A DNA stretch of 63,913 bases, filler included, from Candidatus Fermentibacterota bacterium (GTDB taxonomy: Bacteria > JAFGKV01), in assembly GCA_016928395.1 (NCBI GenBank). It is 7 parts of 7 records of this genome, joined end to end, with 100 filler letters (N's around TTAATTAATTAA, not from the genome) between each part and the next. Parts side by side here need not be neighbours in the genome. Positions count along the whole stretch, not along the records: positions 1 to 23,269 come from JAFGKV010000167.1; 6 more parts are not named here. One strand, 5' to 3'. The stretch's first letter is position 1; every line of letters starts with the position of its first letter. The translations under genes were made by a program, and so were the position numbers. Positions 9,585-19,798 of this stretch are shown here, piece after piece. The notes under the pieces were generated by a model. That model was not told the origin of the DNA, did not search any database, and worked only from the letters and a program-made list of their open reading frames with translations.

Positions 9585-12035
9585 ATGCGCTGGCGATTGT
9601 TCTTCGTGTGCCTTGTCCTCCCCATGTGCGTGACTTCCGCGGTTTCCGCGCCGCTCTCCGCCGAGGCCATGCGGAAACTGGATCCACGGCTGGTGCTTCT
9701 GGCCCACGACCCTGTAGGCCAGACGCCCCTGCTCGGTTCGAGCATCGCCATCCATGGCACGGGAGCCCACGATGTCGTAGTGCCGCTAGTGGTGAAGACG
9801 AATGCATCCAGGGCTGCCCTGGAATCGGTGGGAGCCGCGGTGGGAACGCGCCTCGGTGATATCGTCACGCTGCGTCTGAGCCTTGATCGTCTGGAGGATC
9901 TGGCGCTTCTTCCCCAGGTGGAGGCGGTGGAGGCCTCGTATTGGCTCGACAATGCCCTGGATGTGAGCACCGTTGAGTGCGGCGGCGCCGCCGTGCACGG
10001 CGGTTCGCCTCCTTACACGGGTGCCGGCGTCATCGTCGGCCTTCTCGACAGCGGCATCGATCCGGTCCACGACGACTTCGAGGTTGCGCCGAACAACAGT
10101 CGGGTGCTCTCTATCTGGGATCAGTACGGAAGTGGGTCTCCTCCCTCGGGCTACACCTATGGCACCGAGTGGACCAAAGCCCAGATCGATGCCGGTGCAT
10201 GCACGATGACCGATCCAGGAGCCCACGGCTCGCACTGCGCGGGTATCGCCGCCGGTGACGGCAGCTCATCTGCCTCGGGCTATGTCGGCATGGCGCCCGA
10301 TGCCAACATCATCATGGTTGCCAATCGAAGTGACGACATGTTCAACTACGGCGGCCGCGAAGGGTGGACGGCAACCACGGCCTACTCCCTCGACGGTTTG
10401 AACTACCTGCATGGCAAGGCAACCAGCCTGGCCATGCCCCTGGTGGTAAGCTGGAGTCAGAGCGTGACCATGGGCCCCCATGATGGGACGACCCTCTTCG
10501 AGCAGGGCGTTGACAACTTCGTCTCGGCCACGGACGTGGCGGTCGTGGTTGCCGCCGGCAACTGGCAGACCTCCAACCTTCACGGCAGCGGAACCGTCGG
10601 CGTCGGCACTCCCGTGACCGTATCCTTCAACGTGTCCTCAGCCAACGCCTCGCTCCCCTTCGAGATCTGGTATGCGCTGGGCGATCAATTCACCTTCGAA
10701 GTGCTTCCCCCAGGCGAGGCCGCGTGGTATGGGCCCTACGGGCCGACCACCGGCGGGTGGGTCACTCCCACCAATGCCCACGGCGATCAGATGTGGATCT
10801 GGGGCAATCCCGATCACTCGGTCTCCCACACGGGCTACTTCCAGATTTATGTCCAGAACTCGAGTCTCGGCGTGCAGCAAGGAGCGTGGCAGTTCCGCCT
10901 GGCCGCGGCCAATGCCCTGCCCCAGGGAGGCTTCTTCGATGTCTGGTTTGAGCGCAATCGCCCGGTGGCCCTCACAAGCCACATAGACCTTTCGAACAAC
11001 ATCGGCATGCCGGGCACGGCCCAGAACGTGATCACCGTGGGTTCCTACTGCACCAAAGACCCGTGGCAAAGCATCAATGGAAACTGGTATTCCTACGGTG
11101 AGACGCCCGGCCAGATCTCCGGCTTCAGCAGCAACGGCCCCACGGCCGACGGACGCCAGAAGCCCGAGCTTTCGGCCCCGGGCGGCGTGATCGCCTCGGT
11201 ACTGTCCTCCGGCGCGGCGGGGTCGTACAACCCCGTGTTCATCGCCACCGACGGCGTGCATGTCCACATGCAGGGAACCAGTATGTCCACCCCCCATGTA
11301 GCCGGGGCCGCGGCCCTCCTCCTGGAGAGCAACCCCGCGCTGACCGCAGCCCAAATCAAGATATTGCTTACCACCACCGCCCGCGATGCCGGTGCAGCGG
11401 GCTGGGATCCCGCCTACGGGTGGGGAAAGCTCGATGCCGCGGCCGCCATGGCTGCCGTGCCCGTGGAGCTGGCGAGCTTCTCTGGCGAGGGTGCGCCGGG
11501 GGCCGCCGTCCTGCGCTGGTCCACGGCATCCGAATCCGAGAATCTCGGATTCTACCTCCTCAGGGCTGTGTCCGCAGATGATGTCTTTGTGAGGGTGAAC
11601 AGCGAGCTCATCCCCGGGGCCGGGACAACCCAGAGCCCACGGGAGTACTCGTATCGAGATGAGCCGCTGGCCTCGGCGCGCTACTACTACACACTCGTCG
11701 ATGTGGCGTCTGACGGCAGAACCACGACCCACGGCCCCATCCAGGTCGACGTAATGCAGGCCCTGCCGGCTGCGCTGTCGGTTGCCGTGGAGCACGGCGA
11801 CCCCGTGATCTTCCGGATTGCCGTCATGAGACGAGAGCCGCTGCGGCTGGCAATGTACGACCTTGCTGGACATCAGGTTTTCGTGAGAGACATGGGTGAA
11901 CTCGATCCCGGAAGTCATGTACTCTCGTGGGATGGGTGTCGCGATGAGGGCAGCCCGGTATCCTCCGGGACCTACTTCTATCGGGTGTCCTCGGGTTCGG
12001 ATGCCGCCTCGGGCAAGGCCGTCTTCTTGAGGTAG
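9585..12035 (+). CDS. Secreted S8 subtilase with C-terminal FlgD-Ig/T9SS-like domain
   Basis: Catalytic triad motifs DSGID, HGSHCAGIA and GTSMSTPHVAG; PVELASF linker; tail YDLAG..WDG..SGTYFYR. Confidence 0.92.
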   Translation: MRWRLFFVCLVLPMCVTSAVSAPLSAEAMRKLDPRLVLLAHDPVGQTPLLGSSIAIHGTGAHDVVVPLVVKTNASRAALESVGAAVGTRLGDIVTLRLSLDRLEDLALLPQVEAVEASYWLDNALDVSTVECGGAAVHGGSPPYTGAGVIVGLLDSGIDPVHDDFEVAPNNSRVLSIWDQYGSGSPPSGYTYGTEWTKAQIDAGACTMTDPGAHGSHCAGIAAGDGSSSASGYVGMAPDANIIMVANRSDDMFNYGGREGWTATTAYSLDGLNYLHGKATSLAMPLVVSWSQSVTMGPHDGTTLFEQGVDNFVSATDVAVVVAAGNWQTSNLHGSGTVGVGTPVTVSFNVSSANASLPFEIWYALGDQFTFEVLPPGEAAWYGPYGPTTGGWVTPTNAHGDQMWIWGNPDHSVSHTGYFQIYVQNSSLGVQQGAWQFRLAAANALPQGGFFDVWFERNRPVALTSHIDLSNNIGMPGTAQNVITVGSYCTKDPWQSINGNWYSYGETPGQISGFSSNGPTADGRQKPELSAPGGVIASVLSSGAAGSYNPVFIATDGVHVHMQGTSMSTPHVAGAAALLLESNPALTAAQIKILLTTTARDAGAAGWDPAYGWGKLDAAAAMAAVPVELASFSGEGAPGAAVLRWSTASESENLGFYLLRAVSADDVFVRVNSELIPGAGTTQSPREYSYRDEPLASARYYYTLVDVASDGRTTTHGPIQVDVMQALPAALSVAVEHGDPVIFRIAVMRREPLRLAMYDLAGHQVFVRDMGELDPGSHVLSWDGCRDEGSPVSSGTYFYRVSSGSDAASGKAVFLR

Positions 12036-12275
12036 GCCATCCGACGTACCCCCGGCGTGGGGTTCACGCACCCGGGGCGCGCCGGTTTCGCAGTGTCCGG
12101 AGGGGTTGCACAATCCCTCCGGACGACCGCCTCCAACCCCCGCCATCCCGGCATCGCCCACCCGAACCCACGCTTGACATCCTGTGACACAGTTCGTTTC
12201 GTGTAAACTCATCAGGCTGTGTCCGGCCCAGAAGGGCCGGTCTCGGTCTTTCACCTTCAGAGGCACGGAGGCATC

Positions 12276-14657
12276 ATGACCCTTGTCGGTTGTATCCTCA
12301 TCTCCCTTGCGGCGGTCTCCTCCTCGGCGTCCCCGCCCCTGGAGATTCTGTTGCGGACCCATCAGTTCGATCCGCTCATCACCGAGCCGCAGATCGAGCT
12401 CCCCCTGCGAGGCGATGAGCCGGCTCCCGGAGGCCTCGGGTACTACCTCGTCCAACTGGATGGGCCGGTGGCCGATGATCACAAGGCCACGCTGACAGCA
12501 CGCGGGATCGAGATTCTGCACTATGTCCCCGACTACGCCTTTCTCGTGCGCATGACGCCCGAGGCGGCCTCCGCTGCTCGGGCGCTCCGCACTGTGCGGT
12601 GGGTGGGGCTGTATCACCCTGCCTACAAGTTGGATCCGGCCATCGGCGCCCATGAGTTCAACCACCCGGATCGCATCGCGGATCCCTGGCTGTGGCTGAT
12701 CGTTCGCGTGTACGATCATGTGGACGCCGACGCCGCAGCCGCCGCTCTGCAGGCGTTGGGCGGGGAGATCCAGGATGTCGTGCGCTGGGTAAACAAGCGC
12801 GTGCTGCTGCGCATGCCACCGGAGAAACTGCCGGACATCGCTCGGATTCCCGAGGTCTTGTTCGTGATGGAGCAAGGCGAATACTTCCTCCACAACAACA
12901 CCACGCGGTGGGTGGTGCAGTCAAACCAGAGTGGCACTACCAGCGTGTGGAGCCATGGCCTCCACGGCGAGAACCAGCTCATCGCCGAGATGGATTCCGG
13001 GGTTGACTATCAGAGTTGCTTCTTCCGTGATCCCGATGGCAATCCCATAGGGGCCTCCCATCGCAAGATCCAGAGCTACACAGCCTATGGTGGAGGCGTC
13101 GCCTATGACGGCTGCGATAACGGCCACGGGAGCCATGTTGCGGGCACCCTGCTGGGAAATGACATCACCGGCGGCAATAGCGCGTACAACGGCATTGCCT
13201 ACAACTCCCGCCTTGTGTTTCAGGACGTAGGTGCTGACGATTCGTGGGCCTGCACGACGGGATCCATCGCGGTGCCGTCGGAGCTCACCACCGCCTATAC
13301 CGATGCCTACGCCACCGGGGCCCGGATTCACACCAATAGCTGGGGCGGCCAGGACAACCAGTACATCGACTTCTGCGAGGATATTGATTCCTTCATGTGG
13401 TCCAACCCCGACTTCCTGATCCTCTTCGCCATGGGCAATGCCGGGCCCGATGCCGGCTCCATCGGCTATCCCGCTACGGCGAAGAACTGCGCGAGCGTCG
13501 GCGGTACCCAGCAGGCGGCGACACAGGACAACATGTATTCCTCCAGCAGCCGCGGCCCCTGCTACGATGATCGGCGCAAACCCGACGTCTGCGCCCCTGC
13601 CTGCGGCGTCAATGGGTCTTCACCCCACATCTGGTCGTGTGACAACAGCCCGTCGTCGAGCCAGACCTGCGCGATAGTGGGAGACATCTGGCAGGGCACC
13701 AGCATGGCGACGCCCGCCGTAGCGGGCTGCGCCGCGTTGATTCGCCAGTACTTCATGGAGGGCTTCTACCCCGGGGGCTCGCCGTCTCCCGGCAGCGCCT
13801 TCACGCCGTCTGCAGCACTGATAAAGGCGACGCTGGTGGCCAGCGGCCAGCGAATGACCCAGTCGGGGCTCTCCTACCCTGACAACAACCAGGGCTGGGG
13901 TCGCGTCTTGCTGGAGAATGCCCTCTTCTTCAGCGGAGACGATATCGGGCTCGACGTGGTCGACAATACTGCGGGGCTCTCCACCGGCAGCACCTACACC
14001 CGCCAGGTGCCTATCGGCGCCGGGCAGCCGGTACGGTTCGCTCTGGTGTGGACCGATCCGGCCGGAGCGCCTCCGGCCAATCCCGCGTTGGTGAACAATC
14101 TAAACCTCACGGTCACCGATCCCGTGGGGAGTGTCTATTTGGGTAATGTGTTCAGCGACAATCAGAGCACGACCGGCGGCAGCGCCGATGCCCTGAACAA
14201 TGTCGAGGTGGTCCATCGCGACAGCCCGAGCGCCGGCCAGTGGACCATCCAGGTCACGGGCGCCAATGTGCCGACGGGGCCGCAGCCATTCGCGTTGGTG
14301 ATCACAGGTGACTTGGAAACCACCCCACCTGACACTGAACCACCCGGATGCGTCGGAGACCTGTCGGCTGAACCTGGGGTGACGGGCGGCATCTGGCTTA
14401 CCTGGAGCAATCCGGGTGACAATGTGGGCGTGACGAAGTATGACATCTACCGTTCGTTGGTCGCACAATTCCTGCCAGTACTCGGCGGCGAACTGCACAG
14501 TCTGATGGGCAATCCGCCGGCATCCGAGTGGACAGATCCTGATGCCGGCGCCACGCCTGGGGAGCAGTACTTCTATCGTATCATCGCCGCCGATGAGGCC
14601 GGGAATCGCTCCGAGCCGTCCAACACTGCGGGCGATTCTGTGTATGAACTGCCATAG
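12276..14657 (+). CDS. Secreted S8 peptidase (KP-43-like) with C-terminal Fn3-like domain
   Basis: ATG at 12276 after GGAGG; DSGVD, HGSHVAGT, GTSMATPAVAG and PSAALIKATL; LVWTD..NNLNL..NNVEVV C-domain. Confidence 0.92.
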   Translation: MTLVGCILISLAAVSSSASPPLEILLRTHQFDPLITEPQIELPLRGDEPAPGGLGYYLVQLDGPVADDHKATLTARGIEILHYVPDYAFLVRMTPEAASAARALRTVRWVGLYHPAYKLDPAIGAHEFNHPDRIADPWLWLIVRVYDHVDADAAAAALQALGGEIQDVVRWVNKRVLLRMPPEKLPDIARIPEVLFVMEQGEYFLHNNTTRWVVQSNQSGTTSVWSHGLHGENQLIAEMDSGVDYQSCFFRDPDGNPIGASHRKIQSYTAYGGGVAYDGCDNGHGSHVAGTLLGNDITGGNSAYNGIAYNSRLVFQDVGADDSWACTTGSIAVPSELTTAYTDAYATGARIHTNSWGGQDNQYIDFCEDIDSFMWSNPDFLILFAMGNAGPDAGSIGYPATAKNCASVGGTQQAATQDNMYSSSSRGPCYDDRRKPDVCAPACGVNGSSPHIWSCDNSPSSSQTCAIVGDIWQGTSMATPAVAGCAALIRQYFMEGFYPGGSPSPGSAFTPSAALIKATLVASGQRMTQSGLSYPDNNQGWGRVLLENALFFSGDDIGLDVVDNTAGLSTGSTYTRQVPIGAGQPVRFALVWTDPAGAPPANPALVNNLNLTVTDPVGSVYLGNVFSDNQSTTGGSADALNNVEVVHRDSPSAGQWTIQVTGANVPTGPQPFALVITGDLETTPPDTEPPGCVGDLSAEPGVTGGIWLTWSNPGDNVGVTKYDIYRSLVAQFLPVLGGELHSLMGNPPASEWTDPDAGATPGEQYFYRIIAADEAGNRSEPSNTAGDSVYELP

Positions 14658-14933
14658 GCACAACGTGAGGAAGGAGCCAGCGCGACACTACTCGCGGTGG
14701 GACGACCGCAGCACCACCGGCGGGCAGGATTCCTCCGGTCACTCTGTCTGCCGCGCGGGGACCGACTCCTCCGTCGCGACCCAGCGGGTGATCTCGGACC
14801 GATAGACCCGCGCGGAAGAAGGAGCGGGCGGGGCAGCGCCGCGGGAGCGCCCCCTCACCCCGGGCAGTGCTGGAGTGTGGCCCTCTCCCGGCGGCCTTTC
14901 GCACGGTCATCCCGAGCCCATGCCCCGCGCATG

Positions 14934-14963
14934 GGGAGCTATTCTAACCTTAGAATAGCTCCC
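14934..14963. terminator. Perfect inverted repeat between convergent genes; possible terminator or operator
   Basis: GGGAGCTATTCTAA-CC-TTAGAATAGCTCCC followed by ATTTCTT on the + strand. Confidence 0.45.
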
Positions 14964-15035
14964 ATTTCTTGTTCGGAGAGACATTCTGACCATGAACCAG
15001 ACCGATCAGCCGCGCGGGGACGGCCCGAGGCGCGC

Positions 15036-15959
15036 CTACGAGATGGGAGGCGCTGTCGCCATTCCGTATACGGTGCCGAAGCGGTTGAACAGATCGAAAA
15101 GACGTCGAGACAAATGAAGCGACCCAACGCGCAGCGTCAGACGGAGCGCAGCACCAAGTGCAAAGCCAGCCAGGAAGGTTCCCCCGGCCACGGCCGCACG
15201 ACCCAGGCGGCAGCCGATGTGCCGGCCATGGAGCCACCGGTGGCGGGTGATGCCGGGGAAATGCCGCGTCACCTCGGGCGGGTAGAACGCCAGAACCTGA
15301 GGGATGGCGCGCCCATGGCGGACCTGGCGTCTCCAGACACCACGCAGGGTCTCCGGGTGGATATGGGTCACCACCATGTCCTCGCGCAGGGCAAGCCTGC
15401 CCCCCGCCTGCACCACGGCGATGCCGAACAGATCATCCGAGAAGTCATCCAGTCGCGCATCGAATCCTTTGACGCGTTCAAACATTGCGCGGGTCACCGC
15501 GGCATTGCGCGTATCGAAGACCGGGCGCGGAGGAATGGCTCCGGCGCGACCCCGCAGGTTGGCCTCATACCGTTGCTGGATGAGCCCCGCGATGAGGCCG
15601 CCCGATGCGCCGAGGCTGAGCCCACACGCGGCATCGTATCTCCCCATGGCCTGCTCCACCGCCGTGGCCCACCCGGGATCCAGCACGCAGTCGGCATCGG
15701 TGAAGGCCAGGATATCCCCCCTGGCCGCGGCAGCGCCGCAGTTGCGTGCCGCATACGGCCCTGGCTGTGACTCACTGAGCACCGTTGCGCCCAGTTCCCT
15801 CGCGACCGACGAGCTGTCATCCGTCGACCCGTTGTCGACAACGAGCAACTCCAGCTTCTGTGCAGAATAGTCCATCCCTCGGATGCTGGCCACGCACCCG
15901 GGCAGGAGATGGGCCGCGTTTCGGACAGGTATGATGAGCGAAATCGAAGGCGAACTCAA
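15036..15959 (-). CDS. Glycosyltransferase family 2
   Basis: IIPVRN, VVDNGSTD, GPYAARN and FTDADC motifs; probable TTG start overlaps the upstream stop codon. Confidence 0.88.
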   Translation of the reverse strand: MSSPSISLIIPVRNAAHLLPGCVASIRGMDYSAQKLELLVVDNGSTDDSSSVARELGATVLSESQPGPYAARNCGAAAARGDILAFTDADCVLDPGWATAVEQAMGRYDAACGLSLGASGGLIAGLIQQRYEANLRGRAGAIPPRPVFDTRNAAVTRAMFERVKGFDARLDDFSDDLFGIAVVQAGGRLALREDMVVTHIHPETLRGVWRRQVRHGRAIPQVLAFYPPEVTRHFPGITRHRWLHGRHIGCRLGRAAVAGGTFLAGFALGAALRLTLRVGSLHLSRRLFDLFNRFGTVYGMATAPPIS

Positions 15960-16474
15960 CGACGGCGTCCCCGCCGAATCGTCTCGTGCCACAGACGGCG
16001 CAGGCGACGACGCTCTGCCGGGGAAAGCTCCTTCCATCTGCGAAGGTCATCGAGGAAGCGGGCTCGTTCGTCGGACGGCATAGCCGAGAGCTGCTGCCAT
16101 GTGCGCACGATGGTCGCCCGCCGTGCTTCGGGAAGGGCGCGCCATCGAACCCAGTTCTGCAGCAGGGCTCTCCTGCGGGCCGCAGACATGGCATCGATCC
16201 GCTTCTTGGCCGCGATGATCCTGTCTCGTTCCTCGCCGGGCATCCCATTCCAGCGCTGGAGATTCCTTCGAAGGCGAGCCTGGTCCTCTGGCGGGAGGCT
16301 CTTCCATCTCTCATAGGCGTCCCGCAGTCGGCTCCGCTGTTCCGGTGAGAATGCCTCCCACCGCTCCTCGGGGGAAGGCGAGGCCTGCTGACTCGACGAG
16401 GCGGGCCATGCTCCGCATAGTACTATGGTGCATGCCAGAGCGACCATCGGCCGCAGTCGGTGCTGGGTCGTCAC
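15956..16474 (-). CDS. DUF3106-like periplasmic helical-repeat protein
   Basis: Signal peptide followed by W..L.PE.R..L repeats; typical ECF/anti-sigma neighbour. Confidence 0.8.
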   Translation of the reverse strand: MTTQHRLRPMVALACTIVLCGAWPASSSQQASPSPEERWEAFSPEQRSRLRDAYERWKSLPPEDQARLRRNLQRWNGMPGEERDRIIAAKKRIDAMSAARRRALLQNWVRWRALPEARRATIVRTWQQLSAMPSDERARFLDDLRRWKELSPAERRRLRRLWHETIRRGRRR

Positions 16475-16475
16475 G

Positions 16476-16751
16476 TCAGTTCTCCATAGTCGGCGCCGAG
16501 TCGGGCTCCGCGTCTTCAGGAAGGAGACCGGCGATGTCGGTGTCTCCGAATTGGCTTACAAACTCCAGCATCTCCAAATCCAGGAGAAGATCGATGTTCT
16601 CAAGTAACTCAGCAGGGACATCGTTCATCACCCGAGTGGAGTCAGAGAGCACGGATGAATCCTGAGGCGATTCCTGCATCGACTCACCCTCGGCGAGACC
16701 GCTAGCGACGGTCATTACCATCAGGAGCACCATCCACCTCCTCCCGCTCAT
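16476..16751 (-). CDS. Small exported acidic protein of the ECF cluster
   Basis: Signal peptide; ELLENIDLLLDLEMLE motif resembles the anti-sigma tail; translationally coupled to neighbours. Confidence 0.65.
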   Translation of the reverse strand: MSGRRWMVLLMVMTVASGLAEGESMQESPQDSSVLSDSTRVMNDVPAELLENIDLLLDLEMLEFVSQFGDTDIAGLLPEDAEPDSAPTMEN

Positions 16752-17191
16752 CCCTCGGAGGTTCCCACGCCCAGCAGCGCATCTAGGGTCTCCACGACAT
16801 CGAGATACTCGATAAGCTCGAAATGCTGGTAGAGATCGAGCTTCTCTACCAGGTCAGCCTCATCGACCCTGCCGCGGCCGCCGGGGAGCGTGAACACCAA
16901 GACGGCTGCGGCGGCGGACAGCATGGAGGCAAGAGCCAAGGCCCTTCGCCGCCTCACCTTTCGGCGACCAATCCGCTTCCAGATCGCTCGGTTAAAATCG
17001 TCGCCGGGGTCTTCCAGTGGCGGCACAGGAACAAGATCCACAGCGCGCCGCATCTCCTCCAGGCGGGCAGCGCAATGCCGGCACGCCGAAAGATGGGCCG
17101 CGGCGTCGTCGGATGCCTCGTCAGCGAGCCCATGGGCCAGCATAGCCAGCGCGACCTCCCCGAGACAGCCGTTGTCCGTGCCCATTGCCAC
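16748..17191 (-). CDS. Zinc-binding (ZAS/zf-HC2) anti-sigma factor
   Basis: HLSACRHC motif and one TM helix; directly downstream of the ECF sigma gene. Confidence 0.85.
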   Translation of the reverse strand: MAMGTDNGCLGEVALAMLAHGLADEASDDAAAHLSACRHCAARLEEMRRAVDLVPVPPLEDPGDDFNRAIWKRIGRRKVRRRRALALASMLSAAAAVLVFTLPGGRGRVDEADLVEKLDLYQHFELIEYLDVVETLDALLGVGTSEG

Positions 17192-17203
17192 GATCCAGTC
17201 CTC

Positions 17204-17818
17204 CTAGTCCTCGGCCCTGACAAACGGCGCCAAGGCCTTGCGCATTCGCTGGGTCGCCCGGTGAAGATGCACCTTGGCGGTTCCCTCCGCGCACTTCAAT
17301 GCCGCGGCGAGCTCCGCCGTGTCATACCCCTCATAGTGGCGCAGCACAAACGCCATCCGCTGCGTTGCCGGCAACCCGGCCAACACTCTCTTCACGGTGT
17401 TCCCTATCCGCGCGCTGTCGGCAACCCGTTCAGGATCCGACTGCCACGACGTTTCGGCGGCCGAGCCTTCAGGGGAAGGCTCGTAGTCCTCCCCTCCCCG
17501 GGGAAGCACGAAGAGCTTCCGGCGGACACGCTGGCGTCGCTGCCAGTCAACGCAGAGATTGACGATGATCCGATCAAGCCAGGTTCGCGGTGAACAGTCA
17601 CCCCGAAACCGGGTAAGAGAACCATGGGCCTTGATGAATGCCTCCTGTGCCAATTCCACGGCATCCTCCTGGTCGGAGACCATTCCTCTGGCCACACGAA
17701 TGATCCGTGCCCGGTGCCTCGTGACGAACAGGTCAAACGCAGGACCGTTTCCCCGTCGCGCCATCTCCAGGAGCACGGCATCATCCGTCGATTCCTCTAT
17801 CCCTGGTTCCAGACGCAC
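17204..17818 (-). CDS. ECF RNA polymerase sigma-70 factor
   Basis: Region 2 DAVELAQEAF..F..TWL..I..N and region 4 LP..QR.AFVLR..EG....E.A..L....GT.K..LHRA. Confidence 0.93.
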   Translation of the reverse strand: MRLEPGIEESTDDAVLLEMARRGNGPAFDLFVTRHRARIIRVARGMVSDQEDAVELAQEAFIKAHGSLTRFRGDCSPRTWLDRIIVNLCVDWQRRQRVRRKLFVLPRGGEDYEPSPEGSAAETSWQSDPERVADSARIGNTVKRVLAGLPATQRMAFVLRHYEGYDTAELAAALKCAEGTAKVHLHRATQRMRKALAPFVRAED

Positions 17819-17833
17819 CGGCGGTCCGTCGGT

Positions 17834-19798
17834 TTACCGCGGTGTCGGCACACTCACGGTGGAGCTGTTCCCCTCCCGATCCACGAGCCGAACCGATACG
17901 CTGCCCTCGGGGCCTGGAAGCCGCGCGTGGAAGACCTCTCGCGGGGAGTCGGCCACTCCATCGGCCGGTTCCATCACCACCCATCTTTGCCCGTCCACGG
18001 AGACCGACGCCTGCGCAACGCCGCTGGCCCCATCCTGCGTATCCACCTGCAGGGTATGAGTCACCCCGTCGCTCTTCCAGGACGCCTCCATGAGAATAGG
18101 TGGTGTGTCATCCACCAGCACAGGGCCGATACTAGCGGACGCGGTGCGGGCTCGCTGGGGGGGATTGCCCCTCCTATCCGAGACGACAAGCCGGAATCGG
18201 TACCATCCTTCCGCCAGTGTGCCCTGGGGAACCATCACGTGGCTCTCGCGCACTCCCTCACCAAGCCCGATCCACTGGCCCGTGGGGTAGGAGCAGAAGC
18301 TCACGCTATATTCGAGATCGTCGTCATCAGGATCAGACGCGTTCCAGAACGCGTAGCGATCATAGTCACCTTCCCGCCCGCCGGGGCGATCACTGGTTCG
18401 CCCGGTTCCCGGGGATCCGCCCATCACGCCGGGAGGTTTCTTCCCTGGAGGCAGAAGGTCAAACGACACAATAACCGGGTCTCGATTACGCGGCTGGTAG
18501 TTGACCTGCAGCCACTCCAGCGGAGCCTGGCGCCCATCTCCAGTCTTCAGCGTCACCTCGAACTGGGCGAATCGAGCATCGGGCATGGCCAGTTCCCAAC
18601 ATTCGCCCGATGCCTTCCCCACAACCCACTCACTCCATCCGGTGTCGGGGTCTCCCAGATTGCCGGTACGACCGCGCAGGGTGAGGCCGCCGCCTCTGCC
18701 CATCCAGGCCACGGTGCCCCATTGCGACACAGTTCCCCCGTCCACCACCGGGGAGCACCAGAATCCCGATTCGACCCTGCGTTCATCCAGCCAGTACAAA
18801 GCCGCAGGGCTGCCCGCGCCCAAGTACAGCCGCGAACCCAGTGCTGTGCACGACAGTACCTGGTCTCGGGCAACCTCTACAAGACGTTGATAGGTGATGT
18901 CGTCTGCCACCGTGTAGGCCCGGCCAGGCCATCCGCCCGCCACGGTGAGGCCATCCGGCCCAGACACCATGTCAAGCGCCAGTGAATCGGGGCATTCCCA
19001 CAGCTCCGAGAACGGCCCCGCGAGAGAACCCGTCAGCATGACGCTCCCCGAATGCCCGGTCGACGACGCGCCCACCGCCAAGACGCCGATGGAATCCGGG
19101 CCCAGCTTCGTCAAACTGCGAGCCTCGTCGTAGTCAAGCCTCGCCACCGTGAACACCACCCCATCGGGCGTAATGCGCTGGATCGCGCACGGGGTGTCAC
19201 CACAGACCAGAATCTCGTCGTCTGACATGGGAAGAACCGACAACACATGGGTCAGGGAGGTCTTGGCCACCTCTCGGATGGTCTTTCCCGGCCGGCAGGA
19301 GAAGATCCGGCCTTCCGGCCCGGTTCCCGCCACGATGTCCGCGCCGCTTCTGGCGAGACACCACACCGCATTCTGGCCGGTGGAGAACTTCTCTACCGGT
19401 GTCCCCTTTGGCCCGATCCGGTAAATCATACCGTCGGGTGAAGACCCGGCCCACACATTGCCCTCGCCGTCTTCCAGCACCGAGAGGATGTCACTCTGGG
19501 GCGAGTCGAGAAGGAGGTGAAGCTCTTTTCCGTCGAACCTGTACACCCTGCCGTTACCGCCCGTGCCCAGAAGCAGGCCTCCGTCCTTCGTCGGCGCCAG
19601 ATCCCAGACATAGTGCTCGTCACCTACGGTTAATGAGTCCAGGCGCCCGGCCCGGGTGATTCCTCCCGGCGACCATATCTCCACGCCGGATGCTGTGCCA
19701 AAGGCCCACTCGGAGTATGACGCAAAGGTGCTATATCGAGGGGGCGCCGCCAGAGACGAACTGGCTATGAAGAAGGCGAGAATCAGGGAACCTTTCAT
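17834..19798 (-). CDS. Secreted beta-propeller protein with Ig/Fn3-like C-terminus; usual partner of the S55 peptidase
   Basis: Signal peptide; repeated GT/GS-P-G.IY blades; WNASDPDDDDLEY and DDTPP motifs. Confidence 0.75.
   Translation of the reverse strand: MKGSLILAFFIASSSLAAPPRYSTFASYSEWAFGTASGVEIWSPGGITRAGRLDSLTVGDEHYVWDLAPTKDGGLLLGTGGNGRVYRFDGKELHLLLDSPQSDILSVLEDGEGNVWAGSSPDGMIYRIGPKGTPVEKFSTGQNAVWCLARSGADIVAGTGPEGRIFSCRPGKTIREVAKTSLTHVLSVLPMSDDEILVCGDTPCAIQRITPDGVVFTVARLDYDEARSLTKLGPDSIGVLAVGASSTGHSGSVMLTGSLAGPFSELWECPDSLALDMVSGPDGLTVAGGWPGRAYTVADDITYQRLVEVARDQVLSCTALGSRLYLGAGSPAALYWLDERRVESGFWCSPVVDGGTVSQWGTVAWMGRGGGLTLRGRTGNLGDPDTGWSEWVVGKASGECWELAMPDARFAQFEVTLKTGDGRQAPLEWLQVNYQPRNRDPVIVSFDLLPPGKKPPGVMGGSPGTGRTSDRPGGREGDYDRYAFWNASDPDDDDLEYSVSFCSYPTGQWIGLGEGVRESHVMVPQGTLAEGWYRFRLVVSDRRGNPPQRARTASASIGPVLVDDTPPILMEASWKSDGVTHTLQVDTQDGASGVAQASVSVDGQRWVVMEPADGVADSPREVFHARLPGPEGSVSVRLVDREGNSSTVSVPTPR

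Noticed and set aside
10638-12893. 751-aa minus-strand ORF, and similar long antisense ORFs at 17624-18985 and 23717-24994
   Set aside because: Shadow frames opposite well-supported genes in GC-rich DNA; no recognisable motifs.
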